DNA of 64,000 nucleotides, taken from assembly GCA_964016885.1 (NCBI GenBank), contig OZ024743.1, positions 125,178,001-125,242,000 of the forward strand. Direction: 5' to 3'. Below, piece by piece: positions 1 through 12,869 of this stretch. Position 1 is the first letter of the stretch; the number at the start of each line of letters is the position of its first letter. Source of the stretch: Eledone cirrhosa (lineage: Eukaryota). The position numbers and the translations under genes are program-made. The notes beneath the pieces are model-generated. The model saw only the letters and a list, made by a program, of their open reading frames with translations, was not told the origin of the DNA and ran no database searches.

Positions 1-2736
1 TTTAGGCTAAATTGTCATGCGCTGAATTGTCTTTAGGCTAAATTGACATGCGCTGAATTGTCTTTAGGCTAAATTGTCATGCGCTGAATTGTCTTTAGGC
101 TAAATTGCCATGCGCTGAATTGTCTTTAGGCTAAATTGCCATGCGCTGAATTGTCTTTAGGCTAAATTGCCATGCGCTGAATTGTCTTTAGGCTAAATTG
201 ACATGCGCTGAATTGTCTTTAGGCTAAATTGTCATGCGCTGAATTGTCTTTAGGCTAAATTGTCATGCGCTGAATTGTCTTTAGGCTAAATTGTCATGCG
301 CTGAATTGTCTTTAGGCTAAATTGCCATGCGCTGAATTGTCTTTAGGCTAAATTGACATGCGCTGAATTGTCTTTAGGCTAAATTGTCATGCGCTGAATT
401 GTCTTTAGGCTAAATTGCCATGCGCTGAATTGTCTTTAGGCTAAATTGCCATGCGCTGAATTGTCTTTAGGCTAAATTGACATGCGCTGAATTGTCTTTA
501 GGCTAAATTGCCATGCGCTGAATTGTCTTTAGGCTAAATTGCCATGCGCTGAATTGTCTTTAGGCTAAATTGCCATGCGCTGAATTGTCTTTAGGCTAAA
601 TTGCCATGCGCTGAATTGTCTTTAGGCTAAATTGTCATGCGCTGAATTGTCTTTAGGCTAAATTGTCATGCGCTGAATTGTCTTTAGGCTAAATTGTCAT
701 GCGCTGAATTGTCTTTAGGCTAAATTGTCATGCACTGAATTGTCTTTAGGCTAAATTGCCATGCGCTGAATTGTCTTTAGGCTAAATTGCCATGCGCTGA
801 ATTGTCTTTAGGCTAAATTGACATGCGCTGAATTGTCTTTAGGCTAAATTGTCATGCGCTGAATTGTCTTTAGGCTAAATTGCCATGCGCTGAATTGTCT
901 TTAGGCTAAATTGCCATGCGCTGAATTGTCTTTAGGCTAAATTGACATGCGCTGAATTGTCTTTAGGCTAAATTGCCATGCGCTGAATTGTCTTTAGGCT
1001 AAATTGCCATGCGCTGAATTGTCTTTAGGCTAAATTGCCATGCGCTGAATTGTCTTTAGGCTAAATTGCCATGCGCTGAATTGTCTTTAGGCTAAATTGT
1101 CATGCGCTGAATTGTCTTTAGGCTAAATTGTCATGCGCTGAATTGTCTTTAGGCTAAATTGTCATGCGCTGAATTGTCTTTAGGCTAAATTGTCATGCAC
1201 TGAATTGTCTTTAGGCTAAATTGCCATGCGCTGAATTGTCTTTAGGCTAAATTGCCATGCGCTGAATTGTCTTTAGGCTAAATTGACATGCGCTGAATTG
1301 TCTTTAGGCTAAATTGCCATCCGCTGAATTGTCTTTAGGCTAAATTGTCATGCGCTGAATTGTCTTTAGGCTAAATTGTCATGCGCTGAATTGTCTTTAG
1401 GCTAAATTGCCATGCGCTGAATTGTCTTTAGGCTAAATTGACATGCGCTGAATTGTCTTTAGGCTAAATTGTCATGCGCTGAATTGTCTTTAGGCTAAAT
1501 TGCCATGCGCTGAATTGTCTTTAGGCTAAATTGCCATGCGCTGAATTGTCTTTAGGCTAAATTGACATGCGCTGAATTGTCTTTAGGCTAAATTGCCATG
1601 CGCTGAATTGTCTTTAGGCTAAATTGCCATGCGCTGAATTGTCTTTAGGCTAAATTGCCATGCGCTGAATTGTCTTTAGGCTAAATTGCCATGCGCTGAA
1701 TTGTCTTTAGGCTAAATTGTCATGCGCTGAATTGTCTTTAGGCTAAATTGTCATGCGCTGAATTGTCTTTAGGCTAAATTGTCATGCGCTGAATTGTCTT
1801 TAGGCTAAATTGTCATGCACTGAATTGTCTTTAGGCTAAATTGCCATGCGCTGAATTGTCTTTAGGCTAAATTGCCATGCGCTGAATTGTCTTTAGGCTA
1901 AATTGACATGCGCTGAATTGTCTTTAGGCTAAATTGTCATGCGCTGAATTGTCTTTAGGCTAAATTGCCATGCGCTGAATTGTCTTTAGGCTAAATTGCC
2001 ATGCGCTGAATTGTCTTTAGGCTAAATTGCCATGCGCTGAATTGTCTTTAGGCTAAATTGCCATGCGCTGAATTGTCTTTAGGCTAAATTGCCATGCGCT
2101 GAATTGTCTTTAGGCTAAATTGCCATGCGCTGAATTGTCTTTAGGCTAAATTGCCATGCGCTGAATTGTCTTTAGGCTAAATTGTCATGCGCTGAATTGT
2201 CTTTAGGCTAAATTGTCATGCGCTGAATTGTCTTTAGGCTAAATTGTCATGCGCTGAATTGTTTTTAGGCTAAATTGCCATGCACTGAATTGTCTTTAGG
2301 CTAAATTGTCATGCGCTGAATTGTCTTTAGGCTAAATTGCCATGCGCTAAATTGTCTTTAGGCTAAATTGCCATGCGCTGAATTGTCTTTAGGCTAAATT
2401 GCCATGCGCTGAATTGTCTTTAGGCTAAATTGCCATGCGCTGAATTGTCTTTAGGCTAAATTGCCATGCGCTGAATTGTCTTTAGGCTAAATTGCCATGC
2501 GCTGAATTGTCTTTAGGCTAAATTGCCATGCGCTGAATTGTCTTTAGGCTAAATTGTCATGCGCTGAATTGTCTTTAGGCTAAATTGCCATGCACTGAAT
2601 TGTCTTTAGGCTAAATTGTCATGCGCTGAATTGTCTTTAGGCTAAATTGTCATGCGCTGAATTGTCTTTAGGCTAAATTGTCATGCGCTGAATTGTCTTT
2701 GCGTTGAATTGTCCTGCGCGGAATTATCGGTGTGCC
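1..2736. repeat. 31-bp tandem satellite (TTTAGGCTAAATTG[T/C/A]CATGCGCTGAATTGTC), about 87 copies, running off the window start
   Basis: Direct 31-bp periodicity. The monomer is a dimer of related 15/16-mers (GCTAAATTGTCATGC / GCTGAATTGTCTTTAG). It decays into GCGGAATTATCGGTGTGCC just before a (TA)n tract. Confidence 0.97.
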
Positions 2737-2746
2737 ATATATATGT

Positions 2747-2806
<60 letters not shown>

Positions 2807-2842
2807 TATATATATATATATATGTCTATATATATATGTGTA

Positions 2843-3101
2843 TATAAATGAGAGGTATAGAGATTGTTTTAGCAAGAAGCTAACGGCATTCTATAACATA
2901 TATGCGACTATAACGTCAAGATGGGAAAAGTAGTTAACGAAAGATTTAGGAAAAATAACTCAAACTCATCTCAAAAGAGAATCAGGATATAAATTCATCC
3001 ACAGAATTTAGTGAAATCCGGGGAAAAATCTATAGACCTTTAACTCATGATAAAATAAAGTTTGAAACACTTATCCTTCAATTTGGAATAACATCAAATG
3101 C

Positions 3102-3108
<7 letters not shown>
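2843..3108 (-). mobile_element. Penelope-like terminal-repeat (pLTR) fragment, same family as 40262-40428 / 41160-41418
   Basis: Shares GACTATAACGTCAAGATGG, ATCCACAGA and CTTATCCTTCAATTTGGA with the 40-41 kb element. Flanked by (TA)n. Confidence 0.7.
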
Positions 3109-3138
<30 letters not shown>

Positions 3139-3143
<5 letters not shown>

Positions 3144-3325
3144 AACAAGTAGGACCCCGACGGCTGAGCTCAAGCCGTTTCAACGGCTAATTCTTGACTA
3201 GCCGTCGAAACGGCTTGAGCTCAGCCGTCGGGGTCCTACTTGTTCCTATTACCCACTCTACTACCCTAAGTATTGAGTACTTTGGTGCGTTATGGTCCAT
3301 CTGGTTCATTACCACATTTCCTTCG

Positions 3326-3327
<2 letters not shown>
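3139..3327. repeat. Fold-back unit between (TA)n tracts: arms 3139-3189 / 3199-3249 plus an unpaired tail
   Basis: ATAGGAACAAGTAGGACCCCGACGGCTGAGCTCAAGCCGTTTC and its reverse complement. Related sequence occurs near 27221, 35840-35930 and 54928. Confidence 0.9.
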
Positions 3328-3374
<47 letters not shown>

Positions 3375-3384
3375 CATGGACGGG

Positions 3385-4198
3385 GGAAAAGGTCTATCGA
3401 AAAAGTATCCGACGTAATGTTTCCGCCGTGGGAAGTAATGATGTTAAGGAGACAACAGTGTGTGGAGTGATTCCGCATCCATCAATGCATACGCGTGGGT
3501 TTGCGAGATTATTGGATGTATCAATTGCTGCCAGACACTCGGCGTGTGCAATGCTATCTACTTACTCGTTGCATTTTCATTTCGCCCGATACTGCTAACA
3601 AGGAACCTGAGTCCATGAATACTGTGATAACTGGTGACGAGATGTGGATATGCGGGTACAGTGAAAACACCCAACGTCGCGGATACCACAATAAATTCAT
3701 CAGGAATGAAGCAAAATCAAGGTGAAGCTGAAAGTTTTTTTGTTTTTTTTTGTTCGACTATCAAAGCGTTGTGCATCATCAATATACACCACACTAGAAA
3801 GACAAACAGTTATTAAGGACTACTATCACGAAGTCCTCTGACGTCATCGCGATTCAGTTCAGCGCAGGAGTCCAGATCTGTAGGCCTCGCAAAACCGGAA
3901 GTTTTGCGAGGCCTACAGATCTGTAAAAGAAAGGCATTTTGGTCATTCGCAAGGCTCTGTATTCTACAGATATAACCCCTTCTAACTTATGGTTGTTCCC
4001 AAAAATGAAGATGCCACTGAAATGATCGCGCTTTGAGAACCGTTTCAGATGTCCTTCGAACAGTGGAAGGATCGGAGAACAAGGTTTGAGAAGGAATACG
4101 ATGCCTACTTCGAAGGGGATTAGCAATTGGACCCTACAAATTAAGTAAATTTTTCCCCTACCTAATGTCGGATTCTTTTACGATAGATATCACTTGTA
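3385..4198 (+). mobile_element. Degenerate mariner-type DNA transposon
   Basis: Translates to NTVITGDEMWICGY (GDETW motif) and YSTDITPSNLWLFPKMK (YSPDLAP motif). Imperfect TIRs TCTATCGAAAAAGTATCCGAC / GTCGGATTCTTTTACGATAGA. Confidence 0.8.
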
Positions 4199-4218
4199 TG
4201 TGTGTGCGTGTGTGTGCA

Positions 4219-4268
<50 letters not shown>

Positions 4269-4959
4269 CCCTGAATAGTGTTTTACTTTGCTTTTAAATC
4301 GTAATTGAAATGTTGTTTTAAATTGACATTGGTTCATATTTTGTTTGGAGTATACTCAGCCTCAATGAAAGAATTCTGTATAGAACTCTATATATGAAGA
4401 AACATTTAAAATCATTAATATGTAGTCTTGAGTCGTCAAATGCAAAGAATCATATCGGAGTGCAGAAATGTGTTAGCATGGTTGTAGGATTAGAAAAGTT
4501 CACTTTGCATCTACATGGTTCCGGGTTCCATCCGACAGCGCAGCACCTTAGTCTAAGATATGCTAAGCCAATGTTTTGAAAATATAATCTAGTACATAGA
4601 ACCTGTGTAAATGCCCGTCGAATGTATCTATGTATGGTATGGTATGCCATTGTATGTATGTGTGTCTGTATGTATGCATACCCACTGCTCATATCAAATT
4701 AAGGTGTGAGTGGCAGAGAATTCGACAAACAACCTTAATGTGTGACCAAGGTGACCCTTTGAATTATAGATACAGTTTTTTCAATAGGCTTCTAATTTCA
4801 CCCACAAGACATGACTGTACCTAATACTCTGGGAAATGTCACTTGCTAAACATTTCACACAGTGGGATCAAACAGGGAACCTAAGGATTACAAGTGAACC
4901 TCTTAACCATATATGTGTGCGTGTATGTATGTGTGTGTGTACATAAATCTATATATATA

Positions 4960-5597
4960 ATGGTTTCTTATATAGGCACAAGGCCAGCAATTTTTTTGGG
5001 GGGGGAGTCGATTAAATCGACTCCAGTGCATGACTGGTATTTTATTTTATCGACCCCGTAAGGATGAAAGGCAAAATTAACCTCGGCGGGATTTGAACTC
5101 AGATCACAAAGCGCCATAACTCTATGCTGCTAAGCATGGCGTCCGACCCTCTACCAATACTGCCAATCCACCACCCTTAAATCTATATATATAATAATTG
5201 TTTCTACTATTGGCACAAGGCCAGAAACAACCCAGTACATTACTGGTACTTTATTTTATCGACCCCGTAAGGATGAAAGGCAAAGTTAACCTCGGCGGGA
5301 TTTGAACTCAGAATGGCAAGGGCCGTAACTCGATGCGTCAAAGCATGGCGTCCGAACCTCTACCGATACTGCCAATCTACCGCCCATCTATATATATAAT
5401 AATGATTTCTTATTTAGGCACAAGGCCAGCAATTTTTTTTTTTTGGGGGGGGGGGGGGTCGATGAAATTGACCCCAGTGCGTGACTGGTACTTTATTTTA
5501 TCAACCCCGTAAGGATGAAAGGCAAAGTTAACCTCGGCGGGATTTGAACTCAGGTCACGCCGAGGTTAACTTTGCCTTTCATCCTTACGGGGCCGAT
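4960..5597 (-). mobile_element. Three tandem copies of the dominant tRNA-derived SINE; the third is truncated and folds back
   Basis: Copies at about 4960-5177, 5195-5385 and 5400-5552, with B-box-like GAGTTCAAATCCC and core GCCTTTCATCCTTACGGGGTCGATAAAATAAAGTACCAG. 5558-5597 is an inverted copy of the core. Confidence 0.9.
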
Positions 5598-7166
5598 CTT
5601 GGTTGAAACTTAAGATACGTTGCTAAATTGCGGCGCTAAGCGAAGCAGCACTATCTTAGATCATTATATGACATAAACGGATATACTGTCTTTATAGATT
5701 ATCTTTATCAGTGATACTCTTTCGATCAGTGAAACTTATCCTTCGAGCACTTAATATACAGTCGTAGCCGCATGTTTAAAACTAACCAACAATGTGTAAC
5801 AAAAATAAAGGTAACACCTTATAAAATGAAAATACGCGTGGAAGTCAAAATATTACCCGCACTTTCGCCAAAACTATCTGTAGGCTGGTCACACTGCATT
5901 CAGCGTTCACGTGCTAAAAGCTTTGACCTTGATCGTTGCAGTTTTCTTTCTTGTGTTACAGACTAGTTCACGCTATAGAATCAGAAATAATGAGAAAATC
6001 GTATGTTTCATAAATCCTTATTGAATAACTAAGAATGTTTACTTCGTGCTCCATTTGTTAGACATCAGCCAATTGAAAATTCTCATAAAATACAATAATC
6101 ACTAGACCTTATAAAAACTTGTTTAATGGCTCTCGGCCTCCGTATCTGCAACTACAATAACGTCTCAAATGAGGCTGTAGATCCACGATGGATACTTTCC
6201 ACCTCTACACACTGTTATGATGTCACAGTGCCAGTCGCTCCCGACACCATGCCGCTGTCAACGAGATCATTAAGCATGGATCGAAGGCTTACCTCCGAAG
6301 CTCGAGTCGGTGGGTTGGATTGAGGGTTCTGCATGCCAGAAAGTGTTTCCTTACACTCTCTGATTATGAATATTTGCAGAAGCAATGGCATAAGTTGTTG
6401 ATATCTGTCGTCACGTCCGCCTACACACACACACCACCACCACAACCACACCACACACACATACGTACGCACACATACACACACGCAAACGCACTGACAA
6501 TACGTAGATGTATGTACAAGTATTTTCACTTACAAACAACAGAGATCTCAACCGAATAGTGTCGTTCGGCTGCAGGTAGGTTTTAATAGCTTATATATCT
6601 AATTATTGATTACTGCTTCTCAACAACTTTTGTACTGCTATAGCTTTGTAGTTGCAGGTTTTACTTCACAATCTCTGGGTCGGGATTCGGCCTCCAGCGC
6701 AGCACTTAGAGTGGGTGATTTCTGATATAATATCGTGCGGACCGAAGTTTGAGTATGAGGGAAGGTGACTGTCGGGTAGACTGTATTTTTTTCACAGTCG
6801 TGGAGTTTGAACCGTTGTCAAATTTGGCATCATTGGACCTTCAATAGCATTTGGCAGGGTCAATCTTGTTTCAAAAAATCGAACGGGGGTGGAAGGGCTT
6901 CTAGGGCGAAGATAAGACATCAGTTGTGGTTTCGCTTTCTCATTCTTCATGAAAATCTTGCAAAATATTATGGGGGCTGGCGCCCTTCCATAAGCCATAA
7001 AAACACACACTAATCCGTCGAACAATAGCCCTAACAACACTCCCTGCTGTTTGATGTTAAAACTAAACAACTTGTCACTTCTTGGCAGTAAATAGCAATT
7101 ACACCATGAATAAAAAACAAGCATTCAAATCTTTAAAAACAAATGTATTATACACACACAAACACA

Positions 7167-7329
<163 letters not shown>

Positions 7330-7355
7330 TGTGTTTGTGTGTGTATAATACATGC

Positions 7356-7390
<35 letters not shown>

Positions 7391-7414
7391 TATATATATA
7401 TATTTATATATATA

Positions 7415-7522
<108 letters not shown>

Positions 7523-7539
7523 GTGTGTGTGTGTGTGTA

Positions 7540-7922
7540 GAAGTTCTATTTAAATTGTTGGGATACAACCAAATATCTTTATGACTGGTATAAAGCACTC
7601 AACAAATTATTGGAGTAAAAATACGATATATTAACAAATGGAAACTATATTTATAAAACCATATTTATTTCATTATACATATTTAAAGGACACCAAGTTA
7701 AATTATGGTGTGCTTTCATCAGATAAAATATAATATAGATCAGTTTTATAAATAAATATTGACATACCCTTAAAAAATGCGACCATTTCTGTTGGAAGCT
7801 CCCTGATCTATATTATATTTTATCTGATGAAAGCACACCATAATTTAACTTGGTGTACTTGAAATATGTATAATGAAATAAATATGGTTTTATAAATATA
7901 GTTTCCATTTGTTAATGTATCG

Positions 7923-7925
<3 letters not shown>
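7540..7925. mobile_element. Fold-back Penelope-like pLTR unit, arms about 7621-7743 / 7803-7925
   Basis: About 120-bp inverted repeat containing a hammerhead motif. A non-folded relative lies at about 35600-35835. Confidence 0.8.
7816..7880 (+). ncRNA. Minimal type I hammerhead ribozyme motif
   Basis: TATTTTAT-CTGATGA-AAGCACACCA/TGGTGTACTT (stem II)-GAAA-TATGTA-TA-ATGAAATA. A mirror copy lies on the minus strand in the left arm. Confidence 0.7.
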
Positions 7926-8005
<80 letters not shown>

Positions 8006-8009
8006 AAAA

Positions 8010-8510
8010 AAAGGAAAAGAATGACTTCACTTGTAGTTCGAAACAATTTAATTTAATTTTATAATATGATTTTACAATTTGGTTTTGTAGATCTAGTTGT
8101 ACTTTGGGTGTTTTGTAATCCAGAAGTCAACAGCTTCAATTCCTAAGTCGTGTGGGATGTTAGTATATAAGCTTGTTATGTCAAAGCTGACTAAGATTGC
8201 TTCTTGGTGTACTTTCTGGGGGATATAATTCAGGAATTCCATATCATCTCTGATGAAGCTTGACACGTTTTTACATAAGGGTTTCAGTTTGATGTCTAAT
8301 AGGTTGCTTAGACGTTGTGTGCGTAAGGCTGGAGCAACAACAATTGGGCGTAATATAAAATCTGTCGGTTTTGGTACTTCAACATATGATGTATTTTTGC
8401 CTTTTATTTTGGATTTATTTTGGATTTCTCTGGATTTGCGAACTTTCGGTAAACCATAAAACTGGTGGTTTTCATTTCGAAGTTGGTTAAGTAATTGGTT
8501 TCCTTTAGCG
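8010..8510 (-). pseudogene. Penelope-like element reverse transcriptase N-terminal fragment
   Basis: Manual translation gives FYGLPKVRK...LRPIVVAP...LSNLLDIKLKP...LVSFDITSLYTNIPHDLGIEA. Confidence 0.85.
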
Positions 8511-8594
8511 TATTATTTATATATATATATGTATATATATAAATAAATAAATATATATATAGAGAGATATATAAATAAATATATATATATAGAG

Positions 8595-9303
8595 ATACAA
8601 ATATAAATTACCGAGAATCGTTTTCAGCTCAGGAATTAACGAAAATCAACGTCCGATATGTGTGGCAAGCGCTCGATGAATCATATGAATCAGAGCTACA
8701 ACATACGTTAAGGGCCGAACACACTGAGATGATGGTTAAACATATCATCCGCACAGCCAAAACAAAACGACCAAGTAATTCGGGTCAAACAATAAAAATA
8801 TATGTGTTGATACTTTCTTGGACCCTGGACTGATGGTAAAATCCAGTATTGGTTTCTGCGACTCCAAATCAGGTACTGTCCGCCTACATAAAGAATGTTG
8901 GGCTTCTGGTGAGATGATGAACAAGGCAGTCGTGTTATCAACGGGTTTTGCTCCAAGATGCTATAGATAGTGTGGCTATTACTGACCCCTCGTGGGATTC
9001 AGTAAGGGAGGTAACACCTCTATTAAGCGAATGATTCAGTTGTGTATTATTGCGAGAATGCAAAATATCACAAATCGAATAAAGCTCTCGACAGAATGGT
9101 TAAATATAACAGAGCTATTCAACAGTCAATATAAGTAACTGAAAAAATCAATAAAATTAACTGCTCAATAGCTAGACTCTGGAGATTAATACAAATATAA
9201 ATTAGCGAGAATCGTTTTCAGCTCAGGAATTAACAAAAATCAACGTCCGATATGTGTGGCAAGCGCTCGATGAATCATATGAATCAGAGCTACAACATAC
9301 GTT
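8595..9303. repeat. About 115-bp direct repeat (8595-8709 and 9189-9303) between TA tracts, probably a partial-tandem pLTR
   Basis: ATACAAATATAAATTA..GAGAATCGTTTTCAGCTCAGG...CAACATACGTT is present twice. Confidence 0.75.
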
Positions 9304-9326
9304 GAGATATATATAGAGATATATAA

Positions 9327-9390
<64 letters not shown>

Positions 9391-9394
<4 letters not shown>

Positions 9395-9600
9395 CTGTCC
9401 ATAGATCCCAAATTAAAATACGGGAATACAGGAAAATACCACCGAGTGAACACATTGATACCTGTGCCGCCCAAAATCATCCCAACTTCAGAATCTTTCC
9501 CCTCTACAAATTTAAAGATAATGCCACCCACACCCAGTGCATCAGCAAGGAATCTCACTTTATTAACAAATACGGACCCCGTCTAAACACTTCTCCCTAA
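9391..9600 (+). pseudogene. C-terminal GIY-YIG endonuclease remnant of a Penelope-like element; its 3' UTR is interrupted by the Gypsy insertion and resumes at 15163
   Basis: H..S.H...C...FRIFP.Y...E..FI..YGP.LN pattern typical of PLE endonuclease C-termini. Confidence 0.65.
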
Positions 9601-9677
9601 GACGAACCCACAACATACACACGTCAACATACATACCTACATCAGCATACATCTCTATCCACATATAAACACAATGA

Positions 9678-10135
9678 TGTACAGCCACCGGAAATAACAT
9701 CTGTGAAATATACAGCGCCATCTACCTGTTAGCTAGCTACCGCAACGTGAAACAAAAGAACCCTTAAAAGCTACCAGAATAAACGCCTACACACCGGCTA
9801 AACATCAAACGATTGTTTCTGTATAAATAAAGTGGTTCCAAACACTTCGCCAGTCGACTTTTGGCAGAGTCAGCTAGCGCATCATTGTTCCTCGCCTCTG
9901 CCACGCTTTGTCACTCACACGCCTTGTACCTCGTATCGTCGCTTCATGTGAAAATAAATAGCTGATCGAATATACATCTCGCCTTTCAACTTGTGCTTTC
10001 GTCTGTCCATCCTCAACAGTCCTTTTAAGGGCTATCTTCAGATCTGATCAGACCGTATGCGATAAAAGTCCTTCTAAGGGCTATTCTCGGATCTGATCAG
10101 AAGTAGTGACTAGACTGACTAACCACGTCGCTACA
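9678..10135 (+). repeat. 5' LTR of Gypsy element
   Basis: TGTACAGCC...GTCGCTACA, a direct repeat of 14664-15162. Confidence 0.95.
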
Positions 10136-10183
10136 ATTGGTGAGTCAAACGCGCAACCAGACAGCACCTAAGAAAATATCAAC

Positions 10184-11134
10184 ATGGACATGTCACAAAC
10201 GACAGAGGCCGAGATTTCAGAGCTGCGGGCTATGATCAGAGATCGGGCTGGTCAAATTAAAGCCCTCTCGAATCAAGTAGAGAACTTGACCTTTCAAACA
10301 CACCGGCGACGCAGCAACAGTCGATCCAGGCCTTATCACAGTCGAAGATCCAGTAGTCCCAGTCAAAATCGTGTGCCTGGCAACCTCTGCTGGTATCACA
10401 CAAATTTCGGCGCACAGGCATCTAAGTGCAAAGCCCCGTGCTCTTTCCGGAATGCCACCCAGGGCCTGGCGACGACGTTCACCCCTGGTACTGAAAAGAA
10501 AAGTCGTCTATTTTTTATTAACGACCAGGCGATAGGCATCCGATACCTCGTGGATACAGGAGCCCAGGTTAGTGTTATTCCGGTTTCACTAATCTCGGGC
10601 AAAAGACACCCAACCCCGTCCTTTCTGCAGGCAGTGAACCAATCGTCAATTCCGACTTTCGGGGAGAAGTCTTTGACCCTCAATTTAGGCCTGAGGCGGC
10701 GTTTTCAATGGGTATTTGTCGTGGCAGACCTGCCGACCCCTATCCTAGGAGCCGATTTTCTCCACCACTTCAACCTTCTGGTGGATATGAAGAACCGGAG
10801 GCTTATCGACACCACCACAAACCTCACTGTGAGAGGTATATTTACCACGCAATCCACAGTGAGCCCCGTAATTTGCCAGTCAGAACCTTCGCGGTACAAC
10901 GGCATTCTCCAGAAATACCCAGACATCACTCGCCCGGTATTTAAAGATGGTCCTATTAAGCATAGTGTCACGCACCACATCGAGACAAAGGGACCACCCA
11001 CAGCTGCCCGACCAAGGAGACTGCCTCCAGACCGATTGAGAATCGCCAACACATGCTGGACCTCGGAATCATTCGCCCTTCCTCCAGCAACTGGTCTGCA
11101 CCACTACACCTTGTTCCAAAAAAAACGAGAATGA
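10184..11134 (+). CDS. gag-pro: Truncated Gag (CWYH..FG..A.KC..PC knuckle) fused to aspartic protease
   Basis: [13 protein letters not shown] protease active site and ILGADFL motif. It frameshifts near 11050 into the RT frame [23 protein letters not shown]. Confidence 0.9.
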   Translation: MDMSQTTEAEISELRAMIRDRAGQIKALSNQVENLTFQTHRRRSNSRSRPYHSRRSSSPSQNRVPGNLCWYHTNFGAQASKCKAPCSFRNATQGLATTFTPGTEKKSRLFFINDQAIGIRYLVDTGAQVSVIPVSLISGKRHPTPSFLQAVNQSSIPTFGEKSLTLNLGLRRRFQWVFVVADLPTPILGADFLHHFNLLVDMKNRRLIDTTTNLTVRGIFTTQSTVSPVICQSEPSRYNGILQKYPDITRPVFKDGPIKHSVTHHIETKGPPTAARPRRLPPDRLRIANTCWTSESFALPPATGLHHYTLFQKKRE

Positions 11135-11177
11135 TTGGCGACCATGTGGGGATTATCGTGCACTTAACAATTCTACA

Positions 11178-12869
11178 GTGCCCGATATTTACCCTGTACC
11201 TCACCTGCACGATTTTTCTGCCTCTCTGCAAGGCGCACGCATCTTTTCCAAGATAGATTTGGTGCGTGCATACAACCAGATACCTATGGTGCCTGCAGAC
11301 ATTCCGAAGACCGCAATCACAACACCGTTCGGTTTATTCGAATTCCTGCGAATGCCGTTCGGTCTGCGCAACGCTGCACAAACTTTTCAGCGGTTTATTG
11401 ACACCGTGTTACGCGATCTACCCTTCGTATACGCGTATATTGACGACGTGCTGGTAGCAAGTACTTCCGAGCATGAACACGAGAAGCACTTAGATCTCCT
11501 TTTCCGACGTTTGGCTGAGTACGGTATCATCATCAACCCCAGCAAGTGCCTTCTCAGCGTTCCTTCACTGTCCTTTCTCGGGCACATCATCGATAAAGAC
11601 GGCATTCGTCCACTTCCCGAGAAAGTAGAAGCTATCCGCAGTTTTCCCGCACCTACATCACTTCGGAAACTGCGTGAATTCCTCGGTCTGGTGAATTTTT
11701 ATAGGCGGTTCATCCCTCATTGTTCCGACGCAGCCAGACTCCTCACGGACCTTCTTCGTAACCGGACTCGCAAAAACGAAGAGATCACTCTAAACGAGGA
11801 AGAATTAACATCTTTTAACCGCCTGAAGGAAATGTTGGCAAACGCTTCCATGCTCGTTTTCCCCAGGTCTGGCGCTCCCCTTTCGCTGCTAGTGGACGCA
11901 TCAGACACGGGGGTTGGAGGCGTTCTACAACAACATGTCGACGGCGTGTGGAAACCCTTGTCCTTCTTTTCTAAGCGGTTTCAACCGGCACAAACGAAAT
12001 ACAGTACCTTTGGCCGCGAACTCTTGGCAACCTATCTTTCGGTTAAGCATTTTCGGCACATGCTCGAAGGATCAGATTTCGTGATCTACACGGACCATAA
12101 ACCATTAATTTATGCGTTCCGTACCAAACCTGATCGACATTCACCGAGAGAACTCCGACACCTGGATTTTGTCTCCCAATATTCAACTGATATTCGGCAT
12201 ATCAAGGGATCAGACAACGTAGCAGCCGACGCCCTGTCCCGAATCCAGCTGAACGCAATACATATGCATTCAGGCATTGACCTTCAACAGATCGCAGCTG
12301 ACCAAGAGACTGACGAAGAGTTTATCAAACTCCGAGATTCGCCATCCCTCAAGTTTCAGCAAGTTCCCATTCCTTCTTCTCCGGGACAAATTTGGTGCGA
12401 CCTTTCTACCGGTCATGTACGACCGTACGTACCACAGATGCATCGTCGACAAGTTTTTTCTGCTTTACACTGCTTGTCTCACCCGGGAATCCGGGCTACA
12501 CAGAAACTCATCTCTGCTCGTTTTGTGTGGACTAACATTAACAAGGACGTGCGCGACTGTTCCAGGAGCTGCATAGCCTGCCAGAAAGCCAAAGTCCACA
12601 GACACATCAAAACTACACTCGGCACATTCGCGCAACCTGATGCACGTTTTCATCATGTGCATATCGACATCGTCGGACCTCTACCACCATCACAGAACTA
12701 CACACACTTGCTCACCTGCATCGATCGATTTTCTCGTTGGCCTGAGGCTTTTCCCATAAATGATGCCTCAGCGGAAACAGTCGCTAAAACTTTGGTTTTA
12801 CACTTTACACTAAGTATCACGTTATGGCGCCCCAGCGAAGATAACAACGGACAGAGGACGCCAATTTGA
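11178..12869 (+). CDS. pol: Gypsy Pol fragment: RT, RNase H and integrase N-terminus
   Basis: [36 protein letters not shown] zinc finger (H..SHPG...CIACQ) and HIDIVGP. Confidence 0.95.
   Translation: MPDIYPVPHLHDFSASLQGARIFSKIDLVRAYNQIPMVPADIPKTAITTPFGLFEFLRMPFGLRNAAQTFQRFIDTVLRDLPFVYAYIDDVLVASTSEHEHEKHLDLLFRRLAEYGIIINPSKCLLSVPSLSFLGHIIDKDGIRPLPEKVEAIRSFPAPTSLRKLREFLGLVNFYRRFIPHCSDAARLLTDLLRNRTRKNEEITLNEEELTSFNRLKEMLANASMLVFPRSGAPLSLLVDASDTGVGGVLQQHVDGVWKPLSFFSKRFQPAQTKYSTFGRELLATYLSVKHFRHMLEGSDFVIYTDHKPLIYAFRTKPDRHSPRELRHLDFVSQYSTDIRHIKGSDNVAADALSRIQLNAIHMHSGIDLQQIAADQETDEEFIKLRDSPSLKFQQVPIPSSPGQIWCDLSTGHVRPYVPQMHRRQVFSALHCLSHPGIRATQKLISARFVWTNINKDVRDCSRSCIACQKAKVHRHIKTTLGTFAQPDARFHHVHIDIVGPLPPSQNYTHLLTCIDRFSRWPEAFPINDASAETVAKTLVLHFTLSITLWRPSEDNNGQRTPI

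Noticed and set aside
1-2736. CRISPR array or telomeric (TTTAGG) repeat
   Set aside because: There are no unique spacers. TTTAGG occurs once per 31-bp unit rather than as a telomeric hexamer/heptamer run, and the context is eukaryotic.
6792-7124. 110-aa minus-strand ORF as a host exon
   Set aside because: No recognisable domain or convincing splice context; it looks like non-coding repeat sequence.
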